Positions 50,434 to 62,300 of a DNA stretch of 64,000 nt are shown here, in pieces. This DNA comes from Utricularia gibba. Taxonomy: Eukaryota; Plantae; Magnoliophyta. The stretch's first letter is position 1, and every line of letters begins with the position of its first letter. The notes below the pieces were generated by a model that saw nothing but the letters and a program-made list of their open reading frames with translations, did no database searches and was not told the DNA's origin. A program made the position numbers and the translations under genes. The stretch spans positions 3,081,731-3,145,730 of the forward strand of contig NEEC01000014.1 in NCBI GenBank assembly GCA_002189035.1. Reading direction: 5' to 3'.

Positions 50434-53400
50434 CATCTTAGCAAAATCGAGCAACCCACGGATGGTGTTCCAATTGTTGAGGAATTTCCAGATGAACAAC
50501 TATGTGCAATTAAGGCTGATGCAGGCAAGACTAGTGAACCATGGTATGCTGACATAGCCAATTATCTGTGCACTGGAGAGATGGCTTTGGACTTAAAGAG
50601 TTATGAGAAACTGAAGTTGAAGAGTGAGAGTAAGCACTATTTATGGGATGACCTCTATCTGTGGAAAAATTGTGCTGATGGTGTTGTGTGACGCTGCTTG
50701 ACTGAAGATGATATTCAGCAAGTGTTGGCATTCTGTCATGCATCTCCTTGTGGAGGGCACCATGGTCCTAACCGTACTGCCAAGAAGGTGCTGGATTGTG
50801 GTTATTATTGGCCAACAGTTTTCAAAGATGCCAAGTCTTACTCTAAGAGCTGCGAGAACTATCAGAGAACAGGGAATATCTCAAACCGGCATGAAATGCC
50901 AATGCAGCCAATTGTGGTTCCAGAAGTGTTCAATGTGTGGGGAATAGACTTCATGGGCCCCTTTCCAAACTATGATGGCTATGAGTACATTCTGGTGGCA
51001 GTGGACTATGTTTCAAAGTGGATAGAGGCAATTCCCACCAAGTCACAAGATACTCATTCAGTCATACGTTTTCTGAAGAATAACATCTTTGTGAGGTTTG
51101 GAACCCAAAGCCTTGATCAGTGATCGTGGAAGCCATTTCTTTAACAAGGCTATGGAGAGATTGCTGAAAAGCTATGGAGTCTGGTATAACCCATCTAATT
51201 CTTACCATCCTCAGACCAGCGGGCAGGTAGAAGTTTCTAATAAAGAGATCAAGCAAATTTTAGAGAAGACTGTGACTTCCTCTCGCAAGGACTGGAGCAC
51301 CAAGCTGAATGACACCTTGTGGGCGATTCGCACAGCCTTCAAAACCCCCATCGGTATGTATCCTTTTCGTCTTGTATATGGTAAACATTACCATTTGCCT
51401 ATTGAATTAGAGCAGAAGGCAAGATGGGCGATCCAGCGAGTGAACTTAGAAATTCAAGGCAGTGGTGACTTGAGGAAGCTCCAACTTTCAGAGCTTGATG
51501 AACTAAGACATGAGGCCTACATGAATTCTAAGATATTATTATTTCATGACCGTCAGATCTTGCGAAAGCACTTTGACTCTGGACAAAAGGTATTATTATT
51601 TCAGTCTAAACTCATACTTCACCCAGGTAAACTGAAATCTCGTTGGGAAGGACCTTTTTTGATTAAACATGTGAATTCTAATGGTTCCATTGAGTTGTTT
51701 GATAGAGACATGCATAGCTCATTTACTGTGAACGGTCACAGATTGAAAGTGTTCCATGAGCTTATGATTGATGAAGTGGGACACCCTGTGGATGCGGTGA
51801 CATTCACTGAAATTCCCCTCTAAGTGATTCTGCACTTAAGTCTTACCCTAAGACTTATTCTAGGGTCCTTGCTGGGAGGTAACCAGTATTTTCTACTTTT
51901 ATTTCCTTTGTGCATTTTTATTTTCTTTTTGTACTTTTAGTTATGCATTCTGATTTTGTGAGGTTGCAATCCGTTATCTTGTTGAATTTGTTTGTCCCAC
52001 TGTTAGTTTCTGATGCAATGGCGCATATCCTGTGTAGTTGCAACTCTTTCTTTATTTTTAGTTACACAGGCTCAGTGGGTTCAATTTAAAAAGAGTGGGA
52101 AACCCTTCTTCCCAACAACTACTTTCTCTCTTGCGCGCATTCCTTCCTTTCTCAGAACGTTGCGACTCTTCCATGGAAAACTTTCTACTACTCCTCCTCC
52201 ACCAGAGCGCTTTACCCCTGGACCCCCACTCACACCAGACCTCATTTATGCGGATTTTCTTGAGGACTAGTTAATTTCAGAACCCCCGGTGAGGGGTAGT
52301 CCCAAGAGTGCGGCCCCTACTGCTGCTTGAAGGAAATTCATGAGTTGAGAAGAACTGTAGGAACCCTGAAGATGTATTTGGAGACCCTATTTGACTTACA
52401 GACATGCGTAAGTCCTACTGTTCCTCCTAAGCCTTGACTGACCTTTACCCTCTTTGTTTTGTAAATTTTGTTCTGTGTTTTATGAGTCTTTGCATGTGTT
52501 TTGTAGTTGTTTGTCTGTCTTTTGTTGCCTCGAGTACTGCTGAGCATGTTTAGGAATTTCGGTTCATTCTAGACATGTAGGATACCTACCTCTTCGCTTC
52601 TGTTAGGACTCAGCCTTTTTAGTTCCTACATGCGTAAGACTTATATGAGGGTAGCCAGATTTTGTAGAAAAGTGCATGCATGCGACCTGTGTTTTGCTCT
52701 ATCTGCACTAGGACTTTCTTGTGAATAGCTTGTATGTGGCTTGCTAGTATGTGGATGTTTGAGGAGTGCTGAGTTAGACACATAGATGGTGGCCGACGCA
52801 CATAAAAAATTTTCAATGATAAAAGGCAAGCTCAAATCTAAAAAAAAAAGGCCGAGCTATATGTAAAAAAAAAAAAAAAAAAGAGGAAGAGAGGTACAAA
52901 AGGAAGGCACACCAGAAAAGCCGTGCTGTAAAAAAAAAATATCTTATACAAAATTAGAGTTTGAGGCTTAGACACTATGCACTCATCATTTTCCCTGAAC
53001 ATATTCAATGGTCTGGCCAACCACTCTAGGAGGAATAAGGATGAACACAGGTAAAACCCATACATGTCACTAAGTTCTATGTTGTAGTGGAAGAGCTCTC
53101 AAGTCTCTATGTTCTTGTTAAGTACCTCCATGTGCATCATTTTCATTTTCAGCCATCATTCTTGTTACAATTTGTATGTGTCTTGCAAGGTAAAACCCAT
53201 ACATGTCACTATTAGTCTGCCACTGCCTGTTAGGATCAAGTTCGTGCCCGTGCAGATGTGATTTTTTAACACATGAAGCATGCGAGTAACTTCTACTATC
53301 TGTGCTTGAGTGACAATATTCTTACCCGCACTTGCTACCTCCTCTCTTCACTCCTTGCATGGATAGCATGAATCGAAACCTTTTCTTTGCCTCAGCAGAC

Positions 53401-54627
53401 TCAATCTTCGATTTTCTGTTTTATTTTCTGTTTTAGACTTGAGGACAAGTCTAGAGTCGTTGTAGGATAGTGTGATAACACCGTTTTTATTGTGTTTTTA
53501 TATATGTTTTTAAGTGTGTTTTGTAGGGTTAAATGTTGCTTAGGGTGCTAAAATGTCTTCTTTTGCATATTTAGACTGTTGAAATATGTTTATTGTGAAA
53601 ACAGACTCAATTGGCAACAATTGAGCAGAAAACTCTAATATTTCGTCTAGTCTATGTTTTAAGTCTTATCAGGGTAAGAGCTAGTACTGTAGCAGCGCAC
53701 TTTCCGCGCTGACAAGTCAAAGGAGATAGAAAAGCTATACAAAAGTCACTTTCCGCCGAAAGTCGCCGCCCTTCTGAAAAGATAAGATTTGGAGTAGAGA
53801 TCTCCCTTCTAGAAGACTCAGGAAAGAACAATGCTACCCTTAATTTTGAGCTGCAAAAGGGAAAAGGAAGGGAGAGAAGAGAGAGAGTACACTGTGCACG
53901 CAGAGTGCACAGACAGAGAACAGGAGCGAGCGGGAGCAAGGAGAACTCCGTTTCTCCAGGGAACGACTCCGGTGACCTCCAGATCTACGTGTTTACACCG
54001 TCTTTTCGCCCAGAAACTTGATTTCCAGCAGATCTATGACCGAGAGCAACCGCTAGACACTTCATTTTCTATTTTCTGCACTTATATTTCGTTAACAACT
54101 AGCTGCTATTTCCTTCAACGTTTACATGCTTTCTGTTATGTTCTTGCACCTTGTCGTGAACGATAAATTCTCTGTAGACCTTATTTCTGCGTTTAATCAT
54201 GTTCTTGACTAAGCCTTTCATGTTTGCCTTTAAGCGTTCTTAAGATGGGTTTAAGTCTATGGGTTCTCTTGAGTGACACAAGAGCCAGACCTTGGTGTAA
54301 AACCCATCCAAATTACTTTTATTTTATGTTTTCTGCATCTTTATATTAATTTCAGTCCCTTTTCACCCTTGCAACCCATTCCTTTCAGTCACTGTTATTT
54401 TAGATCTTACCTGCATTAGAACTAAATCCCAGAAAACCCCCCTGTTTCAAGTAATTGTGTTGAACTTCAGAAAATTGCAACCATTCCCTGTGGATTCAAC
54501 CCTTGCTTTCCACGCTACATTAATTCTTGTGATTTGTGTAGTAAAATAGCTCGGTTTATAAATTTCTTTTGATGCGTTGAATGTGCTAAACCGCGACATT
54601 TAGCAACCCCATTCCCAACGTTCATCA
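50434..54627 (+). mobile_element. Athila 3' part (integrase, 3' region, 3' LTR 53473-54627), mirror copy
   Basis: ORFs 50698-51123 and 51098-51823 mirror 28256-28681 and 27556-28281. Confidence 0.92.
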
Positions 54628-56433
54628 GAGATCCAACATCATTTGAAGTGGCTGTACAAAATCCGAAATGGAGAGATGCCATGAAGGAAGAAATGAATTC
54701 TATACTTGAAAATGAAACACGAGAGTTGGTTGATAAACCTATTGGCCTGAAGTGGTTATTCAAAACAAAAATGAATGCAGATGGTTTAGTTAACAAATAT
54801 AAGGATAGATTAGTAGCCAAAAGATATAATCAGATCAAAGGAATAAATTTTCATGAGATTTTTGCACCAGTAGCAAGATTTGACACGATTAAATTACTTC
54901 TTGCCATTTCATCGGTTCATGGATGGAACGCGTATCACATGGATGTGAAGACTGCGTTTTTGAATGGTGTGTTGGAGGAGGATGTTTTTGTTGGACAACC
55001 AAAGGGCTTTCAAGTGTCAGGTCATGAAGACAAAGTATTGAAGCTAAAGAAATCTCTCCATGGGTTGAAGCAATCTCCTAAATCATGGAATGAAGATAAC
55101 TTTCTGTAGGGTATTGGTTTCATGAAAACATATAGTGATTACTCACTGTATGTTAAAGGAACGGGAGATGATCGTTTATGTTGATAATCTTATGATTACC
55201 TTAGGTGATGAAAGGAAGATTGAAGTATTCAAAGGTCTACTCAAAAAGGAATTCAAGATAATTGACCTTGGAATGATTTCCTACTATTTAGGCAGGGAAA
55301 TTCATCAACTTGAAGGTGTTGGAACATTCATATCTCAGAAGAAGTATTGTAATGAACTTTTTGAAAGGTTTGGGTTCAAAGATGTCAATCCTTCAAAAAC
55401 TCCCTTGAATTACAAACATGTGATTCGAGAAAACAATCAAGGAAGAAATGTAGATGCTACTACCTATAGAAGTATAGTTGGAACCCTCATCTATCTCCAG
55501 CATACAAGGTCTGACCTGTGTTTTTGTGTAACTGTCTTATCTTGCTTCCTCAACAAACAACCAACAACTCACATGGCAATTGTGAAAAGAGCTTTCAGGT
55601 ACATAAAATCTACTACTAATTCGGATTGTTCTATCTCTATGAAGGTGAAAAACCAGTCTTCCAACTTAGAGCCTATTCAGATTGTGATTATGGTATGGCT
55701 GAAGATAACAAGAGTACATTTAGTGTAGTTTTCAAAGAAAAAAAGGTGTCAGCACAATCAACAGCTGAAGCAGAATACATCTCTATAGCACATGCTTCGA
55801 ACTATTGCGTTTGGTTGAGACAGACGTTAAACGAACTTGGATTCATTCGGATGGAAGCTACATACCTGCTTATGGGTAATCGAGCTGCAATCACCATTGC
55901 TAAGGATCCAACAAACTTCAAAAAAGCCAAACACATAAGAATCAGGTATCATGTCATAAGGAATTACATCAAGGAGAAGAAGATTAAAGTGTAGTATGTT
56001 GAGAGTGGGAATCAGCTTGCTGAAGGGCTCACCAAAGGTTTGAACAGAGTTCAATTTAAGGTAGCAAGGAAGAACATGAATCTCATGACTACAGTAGACT
56101 TTCTCAAGTTGGAAGATCTCGGTCTTGGGGGAGTATTGGAGATCAGCCTCAATCCAAAGCTTGAATGTGATTAGAAGTACCAATCTTGTGTCATAAAGTC
56201 ATGTTTTAGTTGAAAAGTGTTGGGTTCGAGTAGTTGGGCTTTTCTGTATGTTTTTAATGATTGTGGCCCACTGATGGTAACCTAGGTTTTGGGTATATAT
56301 AAACACTACTAGGAAAAGTGTGAATTACGTTTTCGGTCATTGTTATTGTTCATAATTCGTTTTTCATCCAAGGTGATCTCATAAGAATTATCTCTTTGTT
56401 CCTTCCCAAGACTCTATCTTTCTTGGATCAACA
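54628..56433 (+). mobile_element. pol: Copia C 3' part, mirror copy (3' LTR 56134-56433)
   Basis: ORFs 54648-55109, 55135-55728 and 55626-55994 are identical in translation to their left-arm counterparts. Confidence 0.9.
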
Positions 56434-58175
56434 AAGGGCCTATGGGAGAATCAACAAAGCGATGAGGCGTTAGGCGTAGAATTCAACCTTCTCAAAGTGG
56501 ATCAACTTGACTAGAAAAGGTCCATTATTTCCAAATACATTATTATTACTACTTTTCTTCTAAGAAGACCCAATCCTTCATCTATATAAGAAGGGCCTCA
56601 CTCTTGTTAAAAGGGAACTTGGATGGTAATCACTTTTCGGAGCAATGCTCCTTCTTTAAGTTCTTGTAGAACTTCAGACTTATCAAGTCTTGCTTGTGGT
56701 GTCTAGTGTGTGATATATCACTCCCAATTCCTTCCTTTATTCTGTGATTGTGGTACTATTTCATAGTTTGTGTTGCAAGGATCTTTCAAATCCTTGAGGG
56801 CCAACTTCTTTTCCTTGAGGGATTGCTTCTTCTAAACCAAGATCTGGTTTGCCAATCACTTGTTGATTGGAGGGTCGTATTAGGTGGTATCAAAGCCAAT
56901 CTTTCTCTTCTTGATATCCTATCTATCTTGTTGTCGTTTCGTTCCAAAGAAAAGAAACCAATAAAAAACCCAGATCTAACTGATTTGCTTATCTTGTCTT
57001 TGCTTATCTCTTCCTCTGAAAAGAAAAACCAAAAGGGGGTTCCTTATCTTTGTTTGTTCTGTCCTATTCTTCTGGTTTGCTGCAAAAAGAAAAAAAAAAC
57101 GTGTTGAAGGAAGAAAGAAGGTTAGCAAATTGATTCCATTGAATTTTCTACTTACCAAACAATAGAAAAGTAAAAAAAAAAAAGTCTAGCCACTTAAATT
57201 CATTGAATCTTCAATTTACCAAACAAAATAAAAGTCAATATTGTACAACTTTGTCTATTGTCACACTTATATTCCATTTTAACTCTTTTTAATTGTCTAT
57301 CTACCTCTTTTGTACTAATTACAACAAGTTACCTTCTATCCTGGTATTCCTACTCTTACTTTATCATAATTACTATTTCCATCACCAACTCCTATATTGC
57401 TCATTTTCCTTATCTGACTGTTTAACCTATCCACCTTTATCTCTTTAAACCACACTTAGATTTTTAATTCTATCTTTCTTTCGTTGTTCTTTTTCCTTCT
57501 TTTTGTCTACACTTTTCTCTTGAAGTAGGATGTGGAGCTCTAATAACCCTACAGAAGAATCAAATGCTATGGATGCTCGTTTCTTATTCACTGCAATGCA
57601 AAGAGAGTTTAAGAGATTGCAGAGATGCATGGAGCAAATCCGCATCAAACTAGAGGAACATGATGAATCTCTCAAGAACATCAAAAAGCAAGGAGAGGAC
57701 AGTATCTCCAATGGTAGAACAAGAATTCCAACACACCATAGAACGAAGATATCAAAGAAATAATAAAAACTAAGGAGAAATAATAAAAACAAATCACGAT
57801 GCAAGATATGATAAAAACAACCTTGATGAGTATGATTCATCTGGAGGTGATGATATAGAATGAAGATATCAAAGAAATTGGAGGTCAAATCATGATGCAA
57901 GATATGATGAAAGACTAAGGGGTAGACACACACTGAATACAAAGAATTTGATAACATCAAGATGAAACACCTTCCTTTTCAAGGGAAAAACGATCCAAAT
58001 GCCAACTTGGAGTGGGAGACTCGTGTGGAGCACGTGTTTGATTGCCACAACTATTCTGAAGCCAAGAAGATCAAGCTTGCTGTTGTTGAGTTTACAGATT
58101 ATGCCATAACTTGGTGGGATAAAATAGTACTCAACAGAAGACAAAATGATGAAGAACCAATTCGTACTTGAGAAC
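56434..58175 (+). mobile_element. gag: CRM LTR part, PBS, leader and gag relic, mirror copy
   Basis: ORFs 57530-57763 and 57962-58171 mirror 21616-21849 and 21208-21417. Confidence 0.85.
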
Positions 58176-59322
58176 AATTCTCAAATTGCGGTGCCAATCA
58201 GTAAAATTCGAGCCAACCAACTTATTGGACTCTAGAATGGATCTCAAATTTACGCTGGAAGAAGAGAAAACAAACACATCATGTAGTGTTCCTTAAATCA
58301 CATCTAACTGGTCTTTATTAAATGTGATATACTCCCACTATGTTTTTCGAGATGGCAGCCCCTTACTGACAAAATGAGAAAATCACATTTTCTTAGTGAG
58401 ACAGTGTCCCATTTCATTCATCTCCACCTTGCCTGTAGCCAACAAGCTTTAATGAATGAAACAGGTAGTCATGCCAATTGTATCTATGATACAACCACTG
58501 TATTATTGAGTCATCAACTCTTGATGTAAAAACTATTTACCTCAACCTTTCCTCCAATTTTACCAACCTTGGCTTTAGTCAACAAGTTGATAAAATTAGT
58601 TAAGCCAACCCACCGTGAATCTTAGTTATTTGATTCACTAAGCTTAGTTATTTGATTCCTCTCCTTATGTCAGTGGAAGGAATAAGCTTAGTTATTTGAT
58701 AGGGGATTTTTCCATAGGCAACACTTGCACTATAGATATCGATATCCTATCAGATAGGAATCCTGACAACCCTTGCCCTTTCGTTCATAACGCATCATTT
58801 CCCTCGATTTTCATACATAAAGCTCGAAAATCCTAATTGACCCTAGATGCCTTGGTCAGAAATAAATTATCAAACATCATATGCATCGATAATTCACCAA
58901 TATGATCATCATAATCAAAATTCGTGCAAAGGCCATCATGCCCCACGACTACACACATATAAAGCATCATCATGCTGCGCATATACACGTAAGATATGAT
59001 TCTCGAAAGCATCAATCATGAATAAAATTTCGTGCATCCTAAGGCAGCAAAACAATCCAAAATAACCAGATTTCGTGCATCACATGCTATTATGATGATC
59101 GCCAGCAAGGCTACATACGAGAACATCTCGCAATCACATGCTGTCACAATAATTGCCGGCAAGGCAACATACGAGAACATCTAACTCTCATGTTTCATTT
59201 TCAAGTAGAATTCATTTCTTCCTTCATGGCCTCTCTCCATTTCGGATTTTTTACAGCCATTTCAAATGATGTTGGATCTCCTGTCAATAATTCAGCCAAA
59301 AGATCAGCTACAGCATCTTGGA

Positions 59323-62300
59323 CTAACCTATCTGATCACACCTGAAACGACCAACGCCCGGAGCATCCATTGTTTGCATTATTCGCGTCCTTGTAATTGT
59401 TGTTTCAGCCAGTGTGTCGTAAAGGGTTTTCACTTTGCGCTTCTTCAGTGTGCCAGTAGCCTCGCATCGCCATCTATCTTGCACCACCTCTAATTAGAGA
59501 TCCGCTGTCCTGCGCACAAGCGGCCATGCCTTCATGGGTTCTTCCTACTTTACACCATCCACGACCTTAGCTACCCTACCGGAGTGGTTTTGACTACCAG
59601 GTCGTCCTCCCTGAGCACTTCAATCCATCTCATTAGCCTCGTGTTCTTTTCCTTTTGAGTGAACGAGTACTTGTGACTCTTTTCACACTCGACTTCACCC
59701 AATGCAGGCAGTGCTTCCGTAACGAACATGCGAAAGCAACAACCGCTATTTCCACGTCATGAGTAGGGTAACTTTATTCATGAGGATTGGCTTCCTAGAG
59801 CCGGATGGTCTAATGCCTTCTTGCTGCATCAAGCACATCCTGAGATGCATCACTATGACTACCGATATTCCCTCCCATCGTAGGTTGTGTAAGGGTGTCT
59901 AGGGGAATGAAAACTGCGCTCACAAATCTCGGGCCATAAGTGTTTCGCTCCTTTCTTCGTCCACTCACGGAAGGAGTACTGCAATCCCTGAATGTCCTTT
60001 AAGAAACTTCCGATAGCAACCTGCCGTTTGCAACAACCTCGAAACCCCCTGTGCACTTTCAGCTTGAGGGGACACCGCCGCCACTGTATTTGTTCGAATC
60101 CACCGTGGCGCCTTCTGTTGACGCTTTGTGTCCATGAGACGAGGAACTTGAAAACCGGGAAATCATCTTTACTGAACTTGCCGTACAACTGACAGCCCGC
60201 AAACGCTGCAAACCGGCTCCAAGAAGCTGCCCATGCTGCTCCTCATCCCGGGGATAAATCAGAATAGCATATGAACACAATCACAGAGTCATCCACAGAA
60301 GCAACAAGCACACTTGTCCTTAACCCCATGAATACAACAGGGCGTTTGTTGATCCAAAGGGAATCAGCGTGGACCCATAGTGAACATGTCTCGTCCTAGA
60401 TGACGTTTTCGGAATGTCCTCTGTGTCTTACGCTTTGCACATGATAACCTAAACTTAACTCCAACGATCGAAACGCCGTAGCACCAATAATGGATCATGT
60501 GGTTATCAACGGTCACTCTAGCCCCAAGACTCGTAGGACACTCTAGAACGCCTCTAAACCTCTTGAATTCCTTCTCGTCTCCAATGTTTTCCGTGTTGTG
60601 TTGGCCACCCTCGAAATCTTGAGAGGATCATGCCCCTAAGCCTCCTCAAATTCAGTACTGTCAGGACCATGCCTAGGGCCAAGAGCATGAGACATGACTG
60701 CCAAACCCCATCAAACGTTAGGACTCAAGGCTACTTAACCCCTTTTGTAGCATGGAGAAATAACATTAAGTTGGCTACATATATATTAACTCGCAACCGT
60801 TCAAACATGCAAAAGGAACTATGTCCAGCCTACTTAGCACATTCCTCACAACATAGCTAAGGTTTCAACAGCTGTTCACGACATGCCACAACTTCTATGG
60901 GAAAACCTCTAGTTTGGTTGACCACCAGACCTTCAGCCATTCCCCTCTACACCTGGAACAAGTTAAAACATGAAGTGGTCATGCTACTGAAGTTTGGTAA
61001 AAGATAAACGTGCATGAAGTGAAGAAAGAGTGTTTGAGCATAAAATCTCAAAGCCAAGCACATATCCATGTAGTGAGTCCCATTCTCTATCTTTGCCCAA
61101 TCCCCTTGACCCTTCAACTTAGGCATCACCTCCAGATCTTAGGAAATGGCATGTATTGCCTAAGTCCTTTAGTAGTGTTCAGAAGAGCCACCAACCGAAC
61201 ACCACCTCTAAACTCAGACCATAGCATGCATAACGTGTTCCCTGGCCTTTCTTTTCTGGCTTACCCCATAGGGATGCCTCAGACATGTCTGACATATTTA
61301 GCCATGAATCCCATGGTTAAAACCATGTTGCTAGGAGCGTGGGTCCACACTCCTCTCCATTTCCTATCATAAGTTCATAGCACGTAGGGAAAAACATTGA
61401 GCACTCTATACACTTCAAAGGGAATACCCGTTTGGAAACTGACCAACAAGGGCACCTAATCCTTGGAAAATAACAAATTAGGTTCTGAAAGAAGAATTTT
61501 AGGGACTCTAAATAGATTTGAAGCATTAAGATCAGAAGGACGTGCCCTGCTGGACTTTTCACACAAAGAAGAACAGGGAAGAAAAACGGGTTAATGAAAA
61601 CATGAAAGAAATCTTTCTAAGACAACATATAACAACACATAGGCAATTAATCGCATATGTTCCAGAGAAGCATCAAGACATGCTTCTAAAAACAGTAGCA
61701 CTCATCCACTTACCTTCCTACAGAAGTAATCCCTTTCTTATGGCTAATTCCACGAAATTCCTTCCTCTTTAGCTCTAACACCCCCTTCCTTCCACAACTC
61801 TACTTCCTAAGGTATCTCCTCAACAACTCAAAGCAACTATATCCTCCAGAACTTAAGACTCCATGAGTCAGCATACCCTCTATCCTGAGGTTGCCATGTG
61901 GTCCTTCCTTTAGATAGCACTTGCTTCATCTTCATTGGTTAATAAAACAACCCCATACCGGTGTGGGCCCCATCCCTTATTGATTTCATACATAACCATG
62001 ATCATTAGAGAGGTAATATGCTAAACCCCAGCATTGGATGTCACAGACCATAACAAGTACATATACCTCCCTATGCCTCAGGCATGTGAACTGCTCATGT
62101 GCTGCGTGCTGCATGCCTGCAATTGCGTTCAGCTCATAAGATGATTTTCAATGCGTATACAACTCAAGGTTCCCATTGATTTCATCAAATTATGCCCACT
62201 AACATTCCGAAAACGAGCACACAGTGCACCACAGCCGAGGGGTGCGAATAGAGTTCATGAAAATCGTTCTCAGCGTACGAACGGATATCCTGTTCTGATG

